From the NCBI GenBank assembly GCA_964276515.1, contig OZ193909.1, positions 15,252,001 through 15,316,000 of the forward strand: DNA of 64,000 nt. Reading direction: 5' to 3'. The notes under the pieces were generated by a model that had not been told where the DNA came from, did not search any database, and worked only from the letters and a program-made list of their open reading frames with translations. A program made the position numbers and the translations under genes. Origin of the DNA: Gordius albopunctatus (taxonomy: Eukaryota). Position 1 is the first letter of the stretch. Every line of letters begins with the position of its first letter. Positions 39,301 through 52,239 of this stretch are shown one piece after another.

Positions 39301-41030
39301 TTAATTGCTATGCAATTTATGGGCTCTTTTTTGGTTGTCCGTCCGTTACCCTCCAATGTATTTACTTACACCTGACTTGGAGGTTCGAGTTAAATCCCCA
39401 GAGAGGACAAAAATTTTTTTTTAATTAAATTAATATTGTGTTCTTGTTAATACCATTGATAATATGACTTTTTGACGGTCCGCTGGCTGCTGACCAAAGA
39501 AAAAAATGACCATTGGCCAAATAAATCGAATTTTTTTCGTTTTTGAATAGGGTAATAACATTGATAATTATTACCCTATGCCCTCCACTTAGAGCCCTGC
39601 AAAATTGAAATTTATCGGCCCGAGTCCAACCCGAAACCTTTTTTTATTTTTTGCCCGAGCCCGACCCGAGTCCGATTTGTTTTTTTCAGTCAGGCCCGAC
39701 CCGAGCCCGAGCCCGGCCCGACTTTTGTAAAAATGTAAATTTGTACCAATTTTATTTCAAAAATTTATTTATAAATATATTACGTATCGCGAATATTATG
39801 TGATTTAAAATATGAATAATTATGGTAAATAAATAAAGTGGAGTCTAATTTCTCGGGTTTTAACGAAGTCCTTCTCTCTTCGTAAGCTCGCCCAGCTGTA
39901 GAAAAGGCTCGCTCACTGCTAGCTGATGTAGCAGGTATTGCCAAATACTTTCTAGCCAAATTGCTCAAACAAGGAAATTCACTCTGGTGCATCTTCCACT
40001 ATTCCAAAACTTCCATGCCATCAATATAATTCGTATTTAAATATTTATGTAATTCATCTTCCTCAGCTTCCTTATCTATTCTAGGCTCTTCCCAACTACT
40101 AATATCTAAAAATTCTTCCTCCATTATATTATCTAGGAAAATAAGAAGTGCTTAATGCAAAATAAAAAATTACCATGCTCGACGGCTAGACTAGGCGTAA
40201 CTGTATTAACCGGAGGATCAGCCTTAATCCTTTCCTCCATAATTATTAAATTTCGTATATGATGACAAATGTCATCAAATTCATAGCGAGGCAGCATTAT
40301 TAAATTTCGATACTTTGGATTTAATAATGCGGATAATTTATGAATAATATCAAGTTCAAATTTTGAATTTAAAAACGAAAGGGCCTTTTTGGCCAAAGTG
40401 TTAAACTCTTCGCTAAAAAGGGTTTTTTCAAACATTCGATTAGTCTGTAATAGCATAAGAGTACCATGTTAATGGTCGGCTTTGCATCAGCCTCCAATTC
40501 ATCACTAGCCGTTTTAAATGGCTTCAGAAATTTTATTAGGCTTTTAACTATTTCTATATCGATATTCTCTATAATTGCCGAATCACCTCGTGATTGCAAA
40601 ACAGCCGATATATTATTAATTCTGGCTACTGACCAATGAAAAAAATGACCATTTGTCAAATTACGAATCAAATTTTTTTTCGTTTTTGAATTGTTAACAT
40701 TGCTAATTACCCTATGCCCTCCCCTACAAAGGCCTATGCCTCTACTGATATGGGTCCCTGTGCCCCTGCAAAGGCTTATGCCTCTACTGATGTGGGTTCG
40801 AATCCCGGAGAGGGCATTTTTTTAATTAAATGGAAAATTTGTATAAATAATTAAGTAATTATTTTGCATTTAATACCCTCCCCCCTATAGGCATTCTCGC
40901 CCATAAATTGCATAGCAAATATGCTACTTTTATACAGAGTATGTTCCCCCTTCCCTTCCCCCCTTCCCCTACTCCCATTGCCCCCTTCCCCTTACCACGA
41001 GGGCCGAAGACCCGAGTTTACTATTTAGTT
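39301..41030 (+). mobile_element. DINE-1/Helentron-like non-autonomous element (HINE) containing a hAT fragment
   Basis: Subterminal IR ttgctatgcaatttatggg at 39305 and cccataaattgcatagcaa at 40900. gtccgtccgt follows the 5' IR. 3' stem-loop gggcc-gaa-gaccc at 41001. Confidence 0.68.
39590..40620 (-). pseudogene. hAT transposase 3' fragment with one terminus
   Basis: FLKPFKTASDELE...PTI, LLNPKY, LARKYLAIPATSASSERAFSTAG (dimerisation domain). Frameshifted. TIR tagagccctgca at 39590 with cccga subterminal repeats. Confidence 0.85.
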
Positions 41031-42786
41031 ATGTCTAAGAATATTTAACCCTTGCACTCCTCTACTACAAAGTCATTAACAAATTATTTTAAAATGTGTT
41101 TATTTTATTTTTTAAACTTGACTATTTTGGATCTATTTGCTTTTCCGTTAATGTGTCACATTCATCGTATGTAAAAATTGTAATTTAAAAATTTTACCAA
41201 TTATTATTGTCTGTTATTTGGTAACAATATATTTACTTTGTTTATGTCGTGAGGTATGAAGCATTTATAAACAAAAAAATTTCCATTAGTAGAAAGTGAA
41301 ATAATTTTAAAATTCCGTTGATAACATTATTTCATGTCATTTGGAGTGATAATAACCATTATTGATCACCTTGTTGGAAATCATTAAAAAAATTATATGT
41401 GATCTGAAAAGTTTTGCCCACCACACCTATTTTTATTATAGAAATGTCACATCGATTCAGTTTAGATTGATCATTCTATTATCATAAAAAACTTAATTTC
41501 AACCGCATGAAAAATTGGAATAAAGGTATTTTTATGTCAAACTACTATGTGATTAGGATTTGATACACATAATAAGACCTACAACATTTTTAAATTAAAA
41601 AAAAACTTAAGGAAAAATTATGATTTAAAAATAGGAATTTAGAGCATTTATTTAAATAAATAAGCACTTTTTAATTACCACATCACAACACCATAGTTCA
41701 TGTAAATTTTGATGTAACTTATAAAAAAATAAATAAACCGATTTCACCATGGTAATATTAGTTTTTCATTTGATTTCTCATAAAATAGAGGTAAGAACAT
41801 ATTTAAATTTTGAATATTTATTAAGTATTAATCTATTTTTATTTGCCTAAAAAACTGAAAAAATCAGATAGTGTGATTAATCTATAAAAAATTTTTAAAA
41901 ACAATCGAAATTTTTATCGTAATAATTAAAAATGATAATAAGTTATGTCAAATTAAAAGCTAGTCTTTCTGCTTATGAAAAATATAAACCAAGGGGGGGG
42001 GGCTATGATCTGTCTGTGTTGTGTTGTAATAAATTTCTCTACCACGGATTTTAGCCCCTATAAAACACTCTGCTGCTGTCATCTAATTTAATCAACAGCT
42101 CAATCAATAATTTTGTAAATCATCAATTTAAAAATTAATGCTAACTTAATTTATTTCGCCAAACAGGATAACTATAACTTATTCTTTTAGCTTTGTAATT
42201 AACAAAGTTTAATCAAAGTGTAATACAGTTTATCAAACTGATTTCTTACTCGTACTAGGATGATGGAAAAATGTGAAAGGTAACGAGATCAAACTTTATT
42301 AATCATCTTTTTATCGCTCACACAACGCGTGATAAACATATAAATACGATAAATAAAATCTCGCGTAATAAATAATATTATTGACGCTCGCTAACAACGA
42401 GAGAAGAGAAGTGTAAACACCCTTCACAACAGTAATAAATAGTGATTGTGTTCTCTATGAACGTGTAAAAGTGAGCTTCACCTAATATAAAGAATGCCAT
42501 TTGTTTTAAAAATTAAAAAAAATTTAAGATTCTAAAATAAAGGTTATGAGGAGCTGTTGGTATTCAGGATTTGAATTAGAGGCTGCTATGGGCGTAGCCA
42601 AGGGGGTGGGGGTGGTAGGGAGGGGTGGCTACCCCCTCTAAATCCAAACATTTTAATCATGGCTAAAATTACTGAAAATTATCATTCTGTCCCTCACTAA
42701 ATCATTATCCCCCCCCCGTGAATCCAATCCTTGCCATAGCTATTAAGATCAGGGTGTGAGAGGGCGGAGGTGCAGTTGCCCCTCCC

Positions 42787-42946
42787 CATGGGCGTAGCCA
42801 GCTTTGGAATTAGAGGGGGGCAAAAATGATTTAGGGAGGGGCTTTTTGAAATTTTAGCCATAATTTAAATGAATTTTAACTATTTTTTGGATTTAGAGGG
42901 GGGCAGCCGCCCCTCCCTGCCCCCCTCCCCCTTGGCTACGCCCATG
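42787..42946. mobile_element. MITE, catgggcgtagc-TIR family
   Basis: catgggcgtagcca / tggctacgcccatg with exact TSD cccctccc. A further degenerate copy lies at about 42587-42740. Confidence 0.85.
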
Positions 42947-43903
42947 CCCCTCCCTAACCATGCCCATCATGTGTGGACTGAACCCATAGAGACTAGATAG
43001 ACTGCTGCTCATCAACGCACAAAATGTGTACCCCTTTTTTCCACCATTTTGATGTGAACATGGTAAAGTGGTGATAATATAGAAATGAGTAATCTTCGCA
43101 AATTAAGTAATCTTAAAAAGGTAAATAAGTAATATTGAATTGGGTAGATATCAAAAACAGCATTTTAAAATAAATATCATTTAAACAATACATAAAAATT
43201 AAAAATGTAAAAACTGCGATAAGAAGTTTGTTCAATAATATAGCGTCAGCAATATTTTGTATAATATTAATTTATTGACAAGGTAAATTGACTGTTATAG
43301 GGCAAAATTACATGGTTAAAATACACCAGAGTTGCTCTCTTCAAAATGGAGAAAAATTTGACACACAATTAAACATATGCAACATATGGCATGATGAGCA
43401 GCAGAGGTCAGATTTGTTAGGAATTTTATGCCCGAACCCGGTGTAAGGTTGTGTTTGTGAACTAAGAAGGAAATACGCTTATACACGTCAATCACGTTCT
43501 ATTGACAGATACACTTTGGAATTTTGACATACGTCAAATACGTCAATTACGTTTACATGACATCCATATAATTCAGTTGCATATAGAATTTGTCTAAATT
43601 TTTTGATTTTTTAATAAAGTTTTGTCTAAATTTGTGAATATTTATCTATAAATATCTGTCTAAATTGTGCATATTTCTAGATTTTTTTTAATATTTCTCT
43701 GTTTATCTATAAATATCTGTCTAAATTTTTGATATTTCTCTGTGTCTAAATTGTTTATTTTGAATATTTCTCTGTTTATCTATAAATTTCTGTCAAATTT
43801 GTGCATATTTCTAAAATTTTTTAATATTTCTCTGTTTATCTATAAATTTCTGTCTAAATTTTTGGTTTAATTTTATAGATTGTATCATTAAATGGAAATA
43901 AAT

Positions 43904-44367
43904 TTATTCGTTACAATCCAATATATATTCAAAATGATTAATAGAATGGTGTAAATAAATATTATTAGTACATAATTTGTCGTTTAATTTTGGTGTATAA
44001 GGGGCCCATTGGCCGAATTGAGAACAATAAACATATATATTTATATTAAAAACTGTCGCCGCTAACATGATATCCACTTCTGTGGACCAAATCTCCAGTG
44101 TCCACATCTCTTTCTGCACCAGATATTGGGAACTAGAAGATATAGGGTGGATATAAAGTTGCATAGCGACACTTATATCCTCTCGTAAAAATGCCGCGCA
44201 CATATGTGCGCGGATAATCGCATGGTAATCCTGCTTTTGGAAGATGGCTATGCTCATGCAACGGTAAAAGCAATTGCCATCTTTCCCCACCTCTTGCACT
44301 CTTACGGGCCTGCCCAACGATTTTTCAACATGGGGCACAGGCTTCAATGCACCGAAGATCCCTAACC
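43904..44367 (-). CDS. OTU-family cysteine protease domain (terminal exon of the Ginger-like transposase)
   Basis: DGNCFYR (catalytic Cys), W-STEVDI..AA..F..NIYVY and NHFE (catalytic His). Reading frame intact to the stop at 43904. Confidence 0.75.
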
Positions 44368-45119
44368 TTGAATTGATATATATTTGCACAATAAAGATGT
44401 ATATATTTACTTCACCATTTGTTCTCTTGACCAATCCTCACTCAAGGAACAAAATTTCAATTCTTTAGCATTATGGCTAATGCATTCTAAAGATTCCCCA
44501 TCTAAAAAATAAATTAAAACAAATAAAAGTTTTACCCGAATCTTCCTTGCTTGCTTTTAAATTCTCCCCTACCGTAGAAATCTTCTCAGTTATAACTTTT
44601 TCTAAATCAACCTATACTTAAAGTTTCAATATATCAATACCGAGATTAGGCTCAATTTTCACACCTTTGACTCCCTCAACAAGATTGTGGGACACTAATT
44701 ACCAATAAAAAATATTGAACATTAGTTACTATTCATATTATAACAAAGAAATATTTTACCCAAACGTTCATTGTTGGCTTTTTTCTCCACTTTCTTGTGA
44801 GTTCTAATTTTTTCTAAATCAACCTATATTTAAAGTTTCATTATATCAATACCGAGATTAGGCTCCGTCTTCACACGTCTGGCTCTCTTCCCAAGATTTT
44901 CGGACACTTTTAATAGATATAAGAATGTCTAAAATTAATTACTATTCATTCCACTTTTATACAATTTAATATTTCCTCCGTGAGTTTTTTTTTTACTATC
45001 ACTCCCTCCATCGTTTTCAGGGTGTAAGTTCCTTTAAATGGGTTAAATAAGGTTATATATGACATACCATGATGACCAGAGGCAATCTTGTATGGCCCGA
45101 TCCATGAAGGTGCCATCTT

Positions 45120-46219
45120 GTCGCCTTTTCAAATGATCATAGTTAGATCTTTTTTGAATTAAGAGATTCAATCATCACAACCCTTGAGCAGATTAGTGAA
45201 TGGGCAGACAATGATTCCTCTTCGGGTGCCATGCTATTGGTATCAGCACTTAAAACTGGCCATTTTTGGTTATAATTACACACACTAAAGCAAATCGTTG
45301 CTTATACTTTAAATCTTAGCATTCATTTGCAAAGCGTTAACCTGAACTTATCACAGGCAATAAATGCGGCCGAAAACGTTGTGGAAGCTATTAAATTAAT
45401 TAGAAATAATTCTCAGATAGAGTTTTCCAGGATTTTTAAAGATGTCACATTGATGGGAAAATAATATGACTTTGAGATTTCGATTCCCAGAGGAAATGTC
45501 CAACAAACCCCAGAGGCTTATTATAGAATAACTCTGTATAATGCATTCTTAGACACTTTTTTGGTAGAAATGGACACAAGGTTTCTTGAGAATAAACAAA
45601 TTCTCATGGGATTTCATTCTTTACTACTACAACCACCTGTAAAGCTATCTGAAGTTAAACTGGCGAACTTTTTGCATTTAGCGAATTTTTATGGGGATGA
45701 TTTGAATGGAAATCAAGAAATTTATGAGGCTGAGATTAAACTCTGGTATCAATCTTTTAAAGATTGTAACCCTGAAGTCCTACCTTTTAATGCACTAAAA
45801 GCATTGTCGGATTATAATTCCAAGCTGCTTCTATATCCAAATATAAGAGTGTTATACCAGATTTTAGCAACACTCCCAGTAACAACGTGTTCTAATGAAA
45901 GAAGTTTTTCTACGCTGAGAAGACTTAAAACTTACTTAAGGAATACAACTGGGCAAGAGAGGTAAATACATTTTATTACAAACTCTTAATTTTATATAGG
46001 CTTATAGGATTTAATTCCAGACACTCAAGATATAATCAATGAATTTTTATCTAAATCGCGCAAATAATTTTTTCCCTACTATTTATTTTATAAAATTATA
46101 TGATATGACGTTTATAATAAATATTTTTTGTGAAAGTGTTTGTATTTAAATAAATTGTAAAATTAATATGATTCTGATTTAAAAACCCTCCCCGCAGAAA
46201 AATCCTGCGTACGCCCCTG
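45120..46219 (+). pseudogene. hAT (Tip100/ZMYM1-PRKRIR-like) transposase 3' fragment with right TIR
   Basis: LSIHLQ, FLVEMDTRF, YPNIRVLYQILATLPVTTCSNERSFSTLRRLKTYLRNTTGQER followed by a donor site. Right end aatcctgcgtacgcccctg at 46201-46219. Upstream stop codon, 5' part missing. Confidence 0.85.
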
Positions 46220-46262
46220 CCAATATCTATTTATTGTTTATAATTTAAGAATGGCTTTCATA

Positions 46263-46639
46263 TTATATTCATAAAACCTTACCTTTCGGCAATTTTTTCC
46301 TGTGTACGATTACATCCAATGTGGCTCCCCAAGCTTTTGGCATGAATTGTATCATTTGCCCCATTGTGGTGTAATTTGATACTTTTTGAGATTTCCATTG
46401 GATCTCTCAACACTTTAGCCAGCATTTCTAAAAGTACAACTTAAAATAAGTTTATATAATAGAATACCTGTCCTCACACCTCCAGAGTTTATCAGTCTCT
46501 TGTGAAATAATACTTCATTTTTTAATACAAAAAGAGCTGATTTCCTTTTGAGGTAGGCTCTTTGGTTTTTATGAAATGCCCCAGGCATCACACCTTCCCC
46601 TATGTATTTAATGATTGCATCAAAATCATATTTTGCCAT
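46263..46639 (-). pseudogene. Ginger/GIN-like integrase N-terminal exons (His part of the H2C2 zinc finger)
   Basis: MAKYDFDAIIKYIGEGVMPGAFHKNQRAYLKRKSALFVLKNEVLF, then an exon with HHNG..(frameshift)..SLGSHIGCNRTQEKIAER ending at gtaag. Confidence 0.6.
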
Positions 46640-46733
46640 CTAAAAAATAATTGAGAATAAATATAATATAGTAAATAACTAGTTACAAATTAAGTTATAG
46701 TTTTTTGCAAAATTTAAAATATTAATATGTATT

Positions 46734-47163
46734 ATGAACATTATTGCAAAACAAGTTTTGTTTAGTTTGTAATACTGGTTATAAATTAAGTGATTTCTTA
46801 TTATAATTAAAGTATAATAATGAACATTACTGCAAAACAAGTTTTGTTTAGTTTGTAATACTGGTTATAAATTAAGTGATTTCTTATTAAAATTAAAGTA
46901 TAATAATGATCATTATTGCAAAACAAGTTTTATTTAGTTAGTAATACTGGTTATAAATTAAGTGATTTGTTATTAAAATTAAAGTATAAGAATGAACATT
47001 ATTGCAAAACAAGTTTTATTTAGTTGGTAATACTGGTTATAAATTAAGTGATTTGTTATTAAAATTAAAGTATAAGAATGAACATTATTGCAAAACAAGT
47101 TTTATTTAGTTGGTAATACTGGTTATAAATTTAGTGAGTTATTATTAAAATTAAAGTATAATA
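46734..47163. repeat. 86-bp tandem repeat x5
   Basis: Units start at 46734, 46820, 46906, 46992 and 47078. Confidence 0.92.
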
Positions 47164-49325
47164 TTTTACCTTTTAAGTTCCTATAGAAGTATAAGTGGAT
47201 AATTGGCAAATTGGTGGTTTTCTAATATTTTGCCTTTTAAGGTACTATTAAAGTATAATTACATCAAGTTTATTAAGTTAAATGGTTACTTGGTAAGAAT
47301 AGGTAGTGTACAAAATTCCAAAATTCCTCAAAAATTTCTAATATTTTGCCTTTAAAGGTACTATTAAAGTATAATTACATCAAGGTTATTAAGTTAAATG
47401 GTTACTTGGTAAGAATAGGTGGCATACAAAATTCCTGGAATAGAGTTCATTTCAATACTGAACGCATTTCGATTGAAAACGCGTTAGGAAACCAATTGAA
47501 ATCCGCTTCACTCCACGTGTAATGAACATTCACGCTAATCAAATTTATCAAATATAATTTTAACCAATCAAATTGCGGCTGACAAATATCCTGGCATATT
47601 TTTAAACTGCTACACCGGCCCTGTTCAATTTTTTAACTTCATTGCCCGCCCGAACCTTCTAGGTGCCCGCCCGGACCCGCCCGAAACATTAAAGCTGCCC
47701 GAACTGCCCGGCCCGAAATATTAAATTTACCTATTAGGCCCGAAATTTTGCGATCTCAAATTCTTTCACCCACAATTAAAAAATAAGCATTAAATTAATG
47801 GCATATTTAATAAAACAAGTTCATGAAAATATTTATGTAGCAATTTTTTAATTAAGTTTAAAGTTTACATATTTAATAAATAATATTACAATAAACAAAA
47901 TTATACTCCCCTTTTGAGTTAACCCGTTTGCCCTGCCCATAAATAAACTTAATGAATAAAATTAGTTCAATTAGTCAATCTCTGCTCTGTTAAAACTTAC
48001 TTTTTTGAGAAAAAGACAATAATTTATCAATAGAATTTAAATGCAATTTATGGATAATTCTTTGAACTTAAAGCAAAAAAGAAAGATATAGAAATTTTTT
48101 ATCATGAAAATAAGTAGTAACTTAGCGAAAGCGACGAATGATAAGGGAATAATAAAGGTTAATTGGAGAAAATTTGTGATGGCGAAATCAAGTTTCTTAA
48201 CTTTTTTATCATTTTAATATGCAATAAAATAGAAAGTAACAAAATAATTATAAAGCCCGAATTGCCCGAATCCTATCAAAAAATTTCTCTGATGAGCAGT
48301 CTATCTAGTCTATGATTGAACCTGACTACTACACATGTCAGGATGTCATAATTCCCAGAACGATCTTCGTGACTATTAAACTTATTAAAAACAAGTGCTA
48401 CATTCTATTTACATCATTCGTATAATCATATGTTAATTAGATATTCGTGCATATAGGGATAATTTGAAAAATAAATCATTTAAATATATTCATGTGCTCT
48501 TAATTAATATCCTATATTGTTACATTATATAATGCCTTGCAACAATTATTCTTTGATCTATATTTGGTTGGTAAGCAAACACATTTTAAATCGGACTTTA
48601 AAGCTTTTTTCCATTTAATTTATACGTTAATTAATAAAACAAAATTGCAAAAAGAGATATAAACAGATCCTTTTAGAAACATTTGATATTTCTGACCAAA
48701 AGGTCCATCATCTCATCAAGGACAAATATAAAATAAACGATGAAAAGAAAGCAATTGTAGATGATTTATTAAGAATTTCTTGAATGTTAATTGCAAAATT
48801 AAAGGAAAGTTCTTAAGGTTTCAAAACATATAACATATTTTTATAATATAAAGGTATTTAAATGTCATTTTAATTTATTTCCTAAGTTTAGTTTTATATC
48901 CTTGAACTTGGCAACTTGGCTTCATTAATTACAATAGTTAGCTCAATATGAAATATTTTGTCATTAAAACTAGAAATCATTATTACTACCTTCTAGAAAA
49001 AACCCCTTAGGACACCGAGGCAAAAATAATCAAAATCTTAAATTAAATTTTATTAACGCTTGATAGGTTTCTACAATCTCTTACACCAATTTCGATCGGG
49101 TTCTTATTAGATATATGAATAAAAAATAGAATATGTTTAGTCCGGCCATCATATTAAAAATTAAAAGTGCGTCACGGGTGCAATAACAAGATGAGATATC
49201 ACATTATGGTTAAATTTTAATTTTTTGAGCATTTTCAAAAACACAACAGATTAGACGTAAATTTTTGATGATATTTGATATTGATAACAGAGTGGGTATG
49301 TTAACTTTTTTCTGCAGAATTCCAA

Positions 49326-52239
49326 TCAATTGTATGTCTTTCGTTTGCTCCTATTTTCGTAAGCTTCTATAATTTTAAATATGATGTAATTGATCGTTCT
49401 GATATAAATCTCCTCGATGTGAGGGGTATAGCGCTCCCCCAAAATTTCTCTAACCGCATACAAAAAGGGATCGCTGAAATCCTGTAATTAATAAAAAAAA
49501 TAAATTATTTGCACATCATTTCAACCTATGAGCTCCTAGCTTTAATCGGTTTCCTAATTTTCTCTTTGACTTTTTTAAATTCGTTTTATTGTCAAATAGA
49601 CCAATAAAAAATGGAATTATAGGGACGGGAACTGTATAACATTTTTTTATATATAATTGTTCAATATTTTTTTAATTTAATTCCCTCCCCTTAGGTCAGT
49701 ATAAATAAAGAATCAAAAATTTCTTAATTTTAACATTTAACAACTAAGATTGTTTTTAGTACATATGGTCGTGTTACTTTTTATAAACACGCCTAATAAT
49801 CATTCAATAAAATAAAAACTATATAATAATTTTACAAACCTTATAGTTTAATAAGATATTATACATAGAACTCCGTAATGTTGAATCAAAAATTTTATAA
49901 TCAAAAAATAAATTTACTTACTAAAAAATATTCCACCCTAAAATTTTTGATACCAATGTGGAATTCTCCCATGTTCTTGATGAATGTGAAAAATCTTTTA
50001 GGATTATCTAGATAATCAATGCATTTATCCATGGCGTACATAAAGTTTTCTGCAGCCGTCTGAAGTTGTAAATGTTTAGGGACGGGTAATCCATTACGCG
50101 TTTCAAAAAATTTACCATATTCGGGGTTGAGTTCCAATAACCTAAAATAAGAAAAATATAATAAATTGACAACATTTTTGATAAAGTTTAAAGTTTATGA
50201 ACCAAAATTGTTCCATAAATAAAATATTATCTATTTCTTATTTTTAACGAAATATAATACGAGATAGTTTCATATATTTTTTTGCGGTTCATGTCTTTTA
50301 ATTATTCATCAAAAGTAAAAATTATATGGAATTAGATTGGTATTTAATCAAAATTTAGCTGATGGGACCATTTAAAAAGTAACATTTAATAAAAAAAGTC
50401 TTATTAATTTTGGTGAATATAATGTTTGAAAAGTTATTTTTTAACACAAAGGAGATCTTAAACAGAAGGGCAAAAAAGCTTGATGACCATTTTAATGTTT
50501 TGCAGTCATTTACTGCTAAAATAAAATCAATATATTTTTAATCACATCTCTCCCTTGTCATGTCTACCAGTCGCCCAATAAATTATTACAGTAGAAACTG
50601 ATTCAAATTAATATTGTGTGCTATCACTAGAAACACTGTCTAATAAAAAAATTCAGATAATCCGAAAATTACCAGATTGACTGGCTAAAATTAATGATAA
50701 TTTAAGGTGTTTTTAAGTGTTATTTTTCCATAATGTTCATATTACAAGTTTACTGACACAAATTTATAATAAGTACTAAACGTGATTAATCTATCAAATA
50801 ATTAATAATTTTGTTAATTTTATTATATCCATTCTACGTAGTTATTTAATAAAAAATACATATATGGGCTCACAACTAAGCATTACAAATTCTACAGGCG
50901 TTTTGTTAATTCGATAAAAAATTGCAGGGAGATTACGTGATAGCTAGAGAAGGCAAGAGTTTAAGCGATTTCTTATAATATTTGACCATTTATAAGATAA
51001 GATATAAATAATATGGCAAATTAATTGGCATGGATGAGAAAAGCTTAAAATTTGTCCAAAGGAGTTTTTTAATTCTTACTAAAATGCTAAAATGCGATTA
51101 AAAATAAAATCAAATAAATCAAAGTTTAATGATACAACATTCGAAATCATAAAATGCTTTTCTAACAATAACGCATATAAAAACTCAAATAAAACCACTC
51201 TTAATAAGATTCTTAATATCCTTTTCAAGTTAATTTTCAAGTTAATTAAAAGTACAATACGTTGATTAAGATAACGCTTGCATGGGCTTAGCCAAAGGGA
51301 AGAGGCAGGGGGGGGGGGAGGCTGCCCCCCTATTAATCCAAAAATTAGTTGAATCTCATTGAAGTTATGGGTAAAATTTGAAAAAATATTAATTTTGCCC
51401 CTTCCTAAACCAATATTGCCCCCCTCTAATTCCAATGCTGTCCACGCTTATGTATAATGCAAAAGATATTAGTATGACGCAGTATAAGTTTACAAAACTC
51501 ACTTGGTAACTAAAAGTAAACCAGTTTCACTCATCTTCAACGCTACACCCTTCCAAGACTTTTCCAAGCAAAATATATCCCGAGGACTAAGTGGTATGAT
51601 ATTTTGTCGAAACAACTCGTCGGCACAATAATCGATCCCATCATCGTTATTGGGAGGAGTAGTTGAAGAATTTTTAGTCGATGTAATATTGCAATTGCCG
51701 GAATCGGGTGTCATGTGATGCGACCTCCTAGCTTGTTCCTTTTCTCCACTGCCATTATCGCGATCCGAAAGTTTGCTCTTACTGATAGTGAGCAGTTGTC
51801 CATTAAATTGTTGTTTCTTCTTTTTCCCACCACTCGAACTAGAACTTTCGCTAGCTTTAGCAATCCATCTCTGTTGTTGACTCGTGCTTTTCCTATTACG
51901 GTTGTTCGCGATATTAGCAGAACAGGCTTTAGGGCAAAGCTGCTTGAATCTACTCTGCTTTTCAGTCCCAGAAGGGCCCGTAGAATCATGACCGCCCGAC
52001 GAATTGAGCGATTTAGTGGTTCCGTTGGACTGTTTTTTGCAGCCGTTACTCAAATTTTTATGGCAACAATCGTACCCAGCCGGATATTGCACCGAGGTTT
52101 GGCTGTCGGCGGCCATCTTCAAAATCTCATTGTCCTCTCCAGCTTCATTTGTAAGTGCTCCGCAATCGTCCAAATTGGCACTACTGATTGTCTTCTTTTT
52201 CTGCAGACGCCTCTCAAATTTCCCCAGAACTACCCCCAT
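49326..52239 (-). CDS. Globin X-like protein with a long N-terminal extension
   Basis: Exons 52239-51503, 50141-49922 and 49481-49326 (TGA), with introns at the canonical globin B12.2 and G7.0 positions. A-helix LSPRDIFCLEKSWK, CD1 Phe (PEYGKFF), proximal His (MGEFH), and PFLYAVREILGERYT..IEEIY..TI.YI typical of invertebrate GbX-like globins. MG start. Confidence 0.88.
51281..51452. mobile_element. MITE, catgggcgtagc-TIR family (globin intron)
   Basis: catgggcttagcc ... tccacgcttatg with the family core sequence. TSD not recognisable. Confidence 0.6.

Larger units (their letters stand above)
43442..47614 (-). mobile_element. Ginger1-like DNA transposon (integrase N-terminus + C-terminal OTU domain), internally deleted
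   Basis: TGTA...TACA ends with a CCGG 4-bp TSD (43438-43441 and 47615-47618). The empty site is seen in the paralogous host at about 15144. Minus-strand spliced exons encode a GIN/Ginger-like N-terminus and an OTU domain. Confidence 0.72.
43402..48291. mobile_element. Non-autonomous hAT element (same family as 15108-16326), interrupted by a Ginger-like element
   Basis: cagaggtcagatttgtt start and aaatttctctg end. Exact TSD atgagcag at 43394-43401 and 48292-48299. The sequence at 47619 onward continues the match to 15148 onward. Confidence 0.85.
42985..48314. mobile_element. Small hAT-like MITE, split by nested insertions
   Basis: TIR catagagactagatagactgctgctcatc / gatgagcagtctatctagtctatg. 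TSD actgaacc / attgaacc (7/8). Confidence 0.7.
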
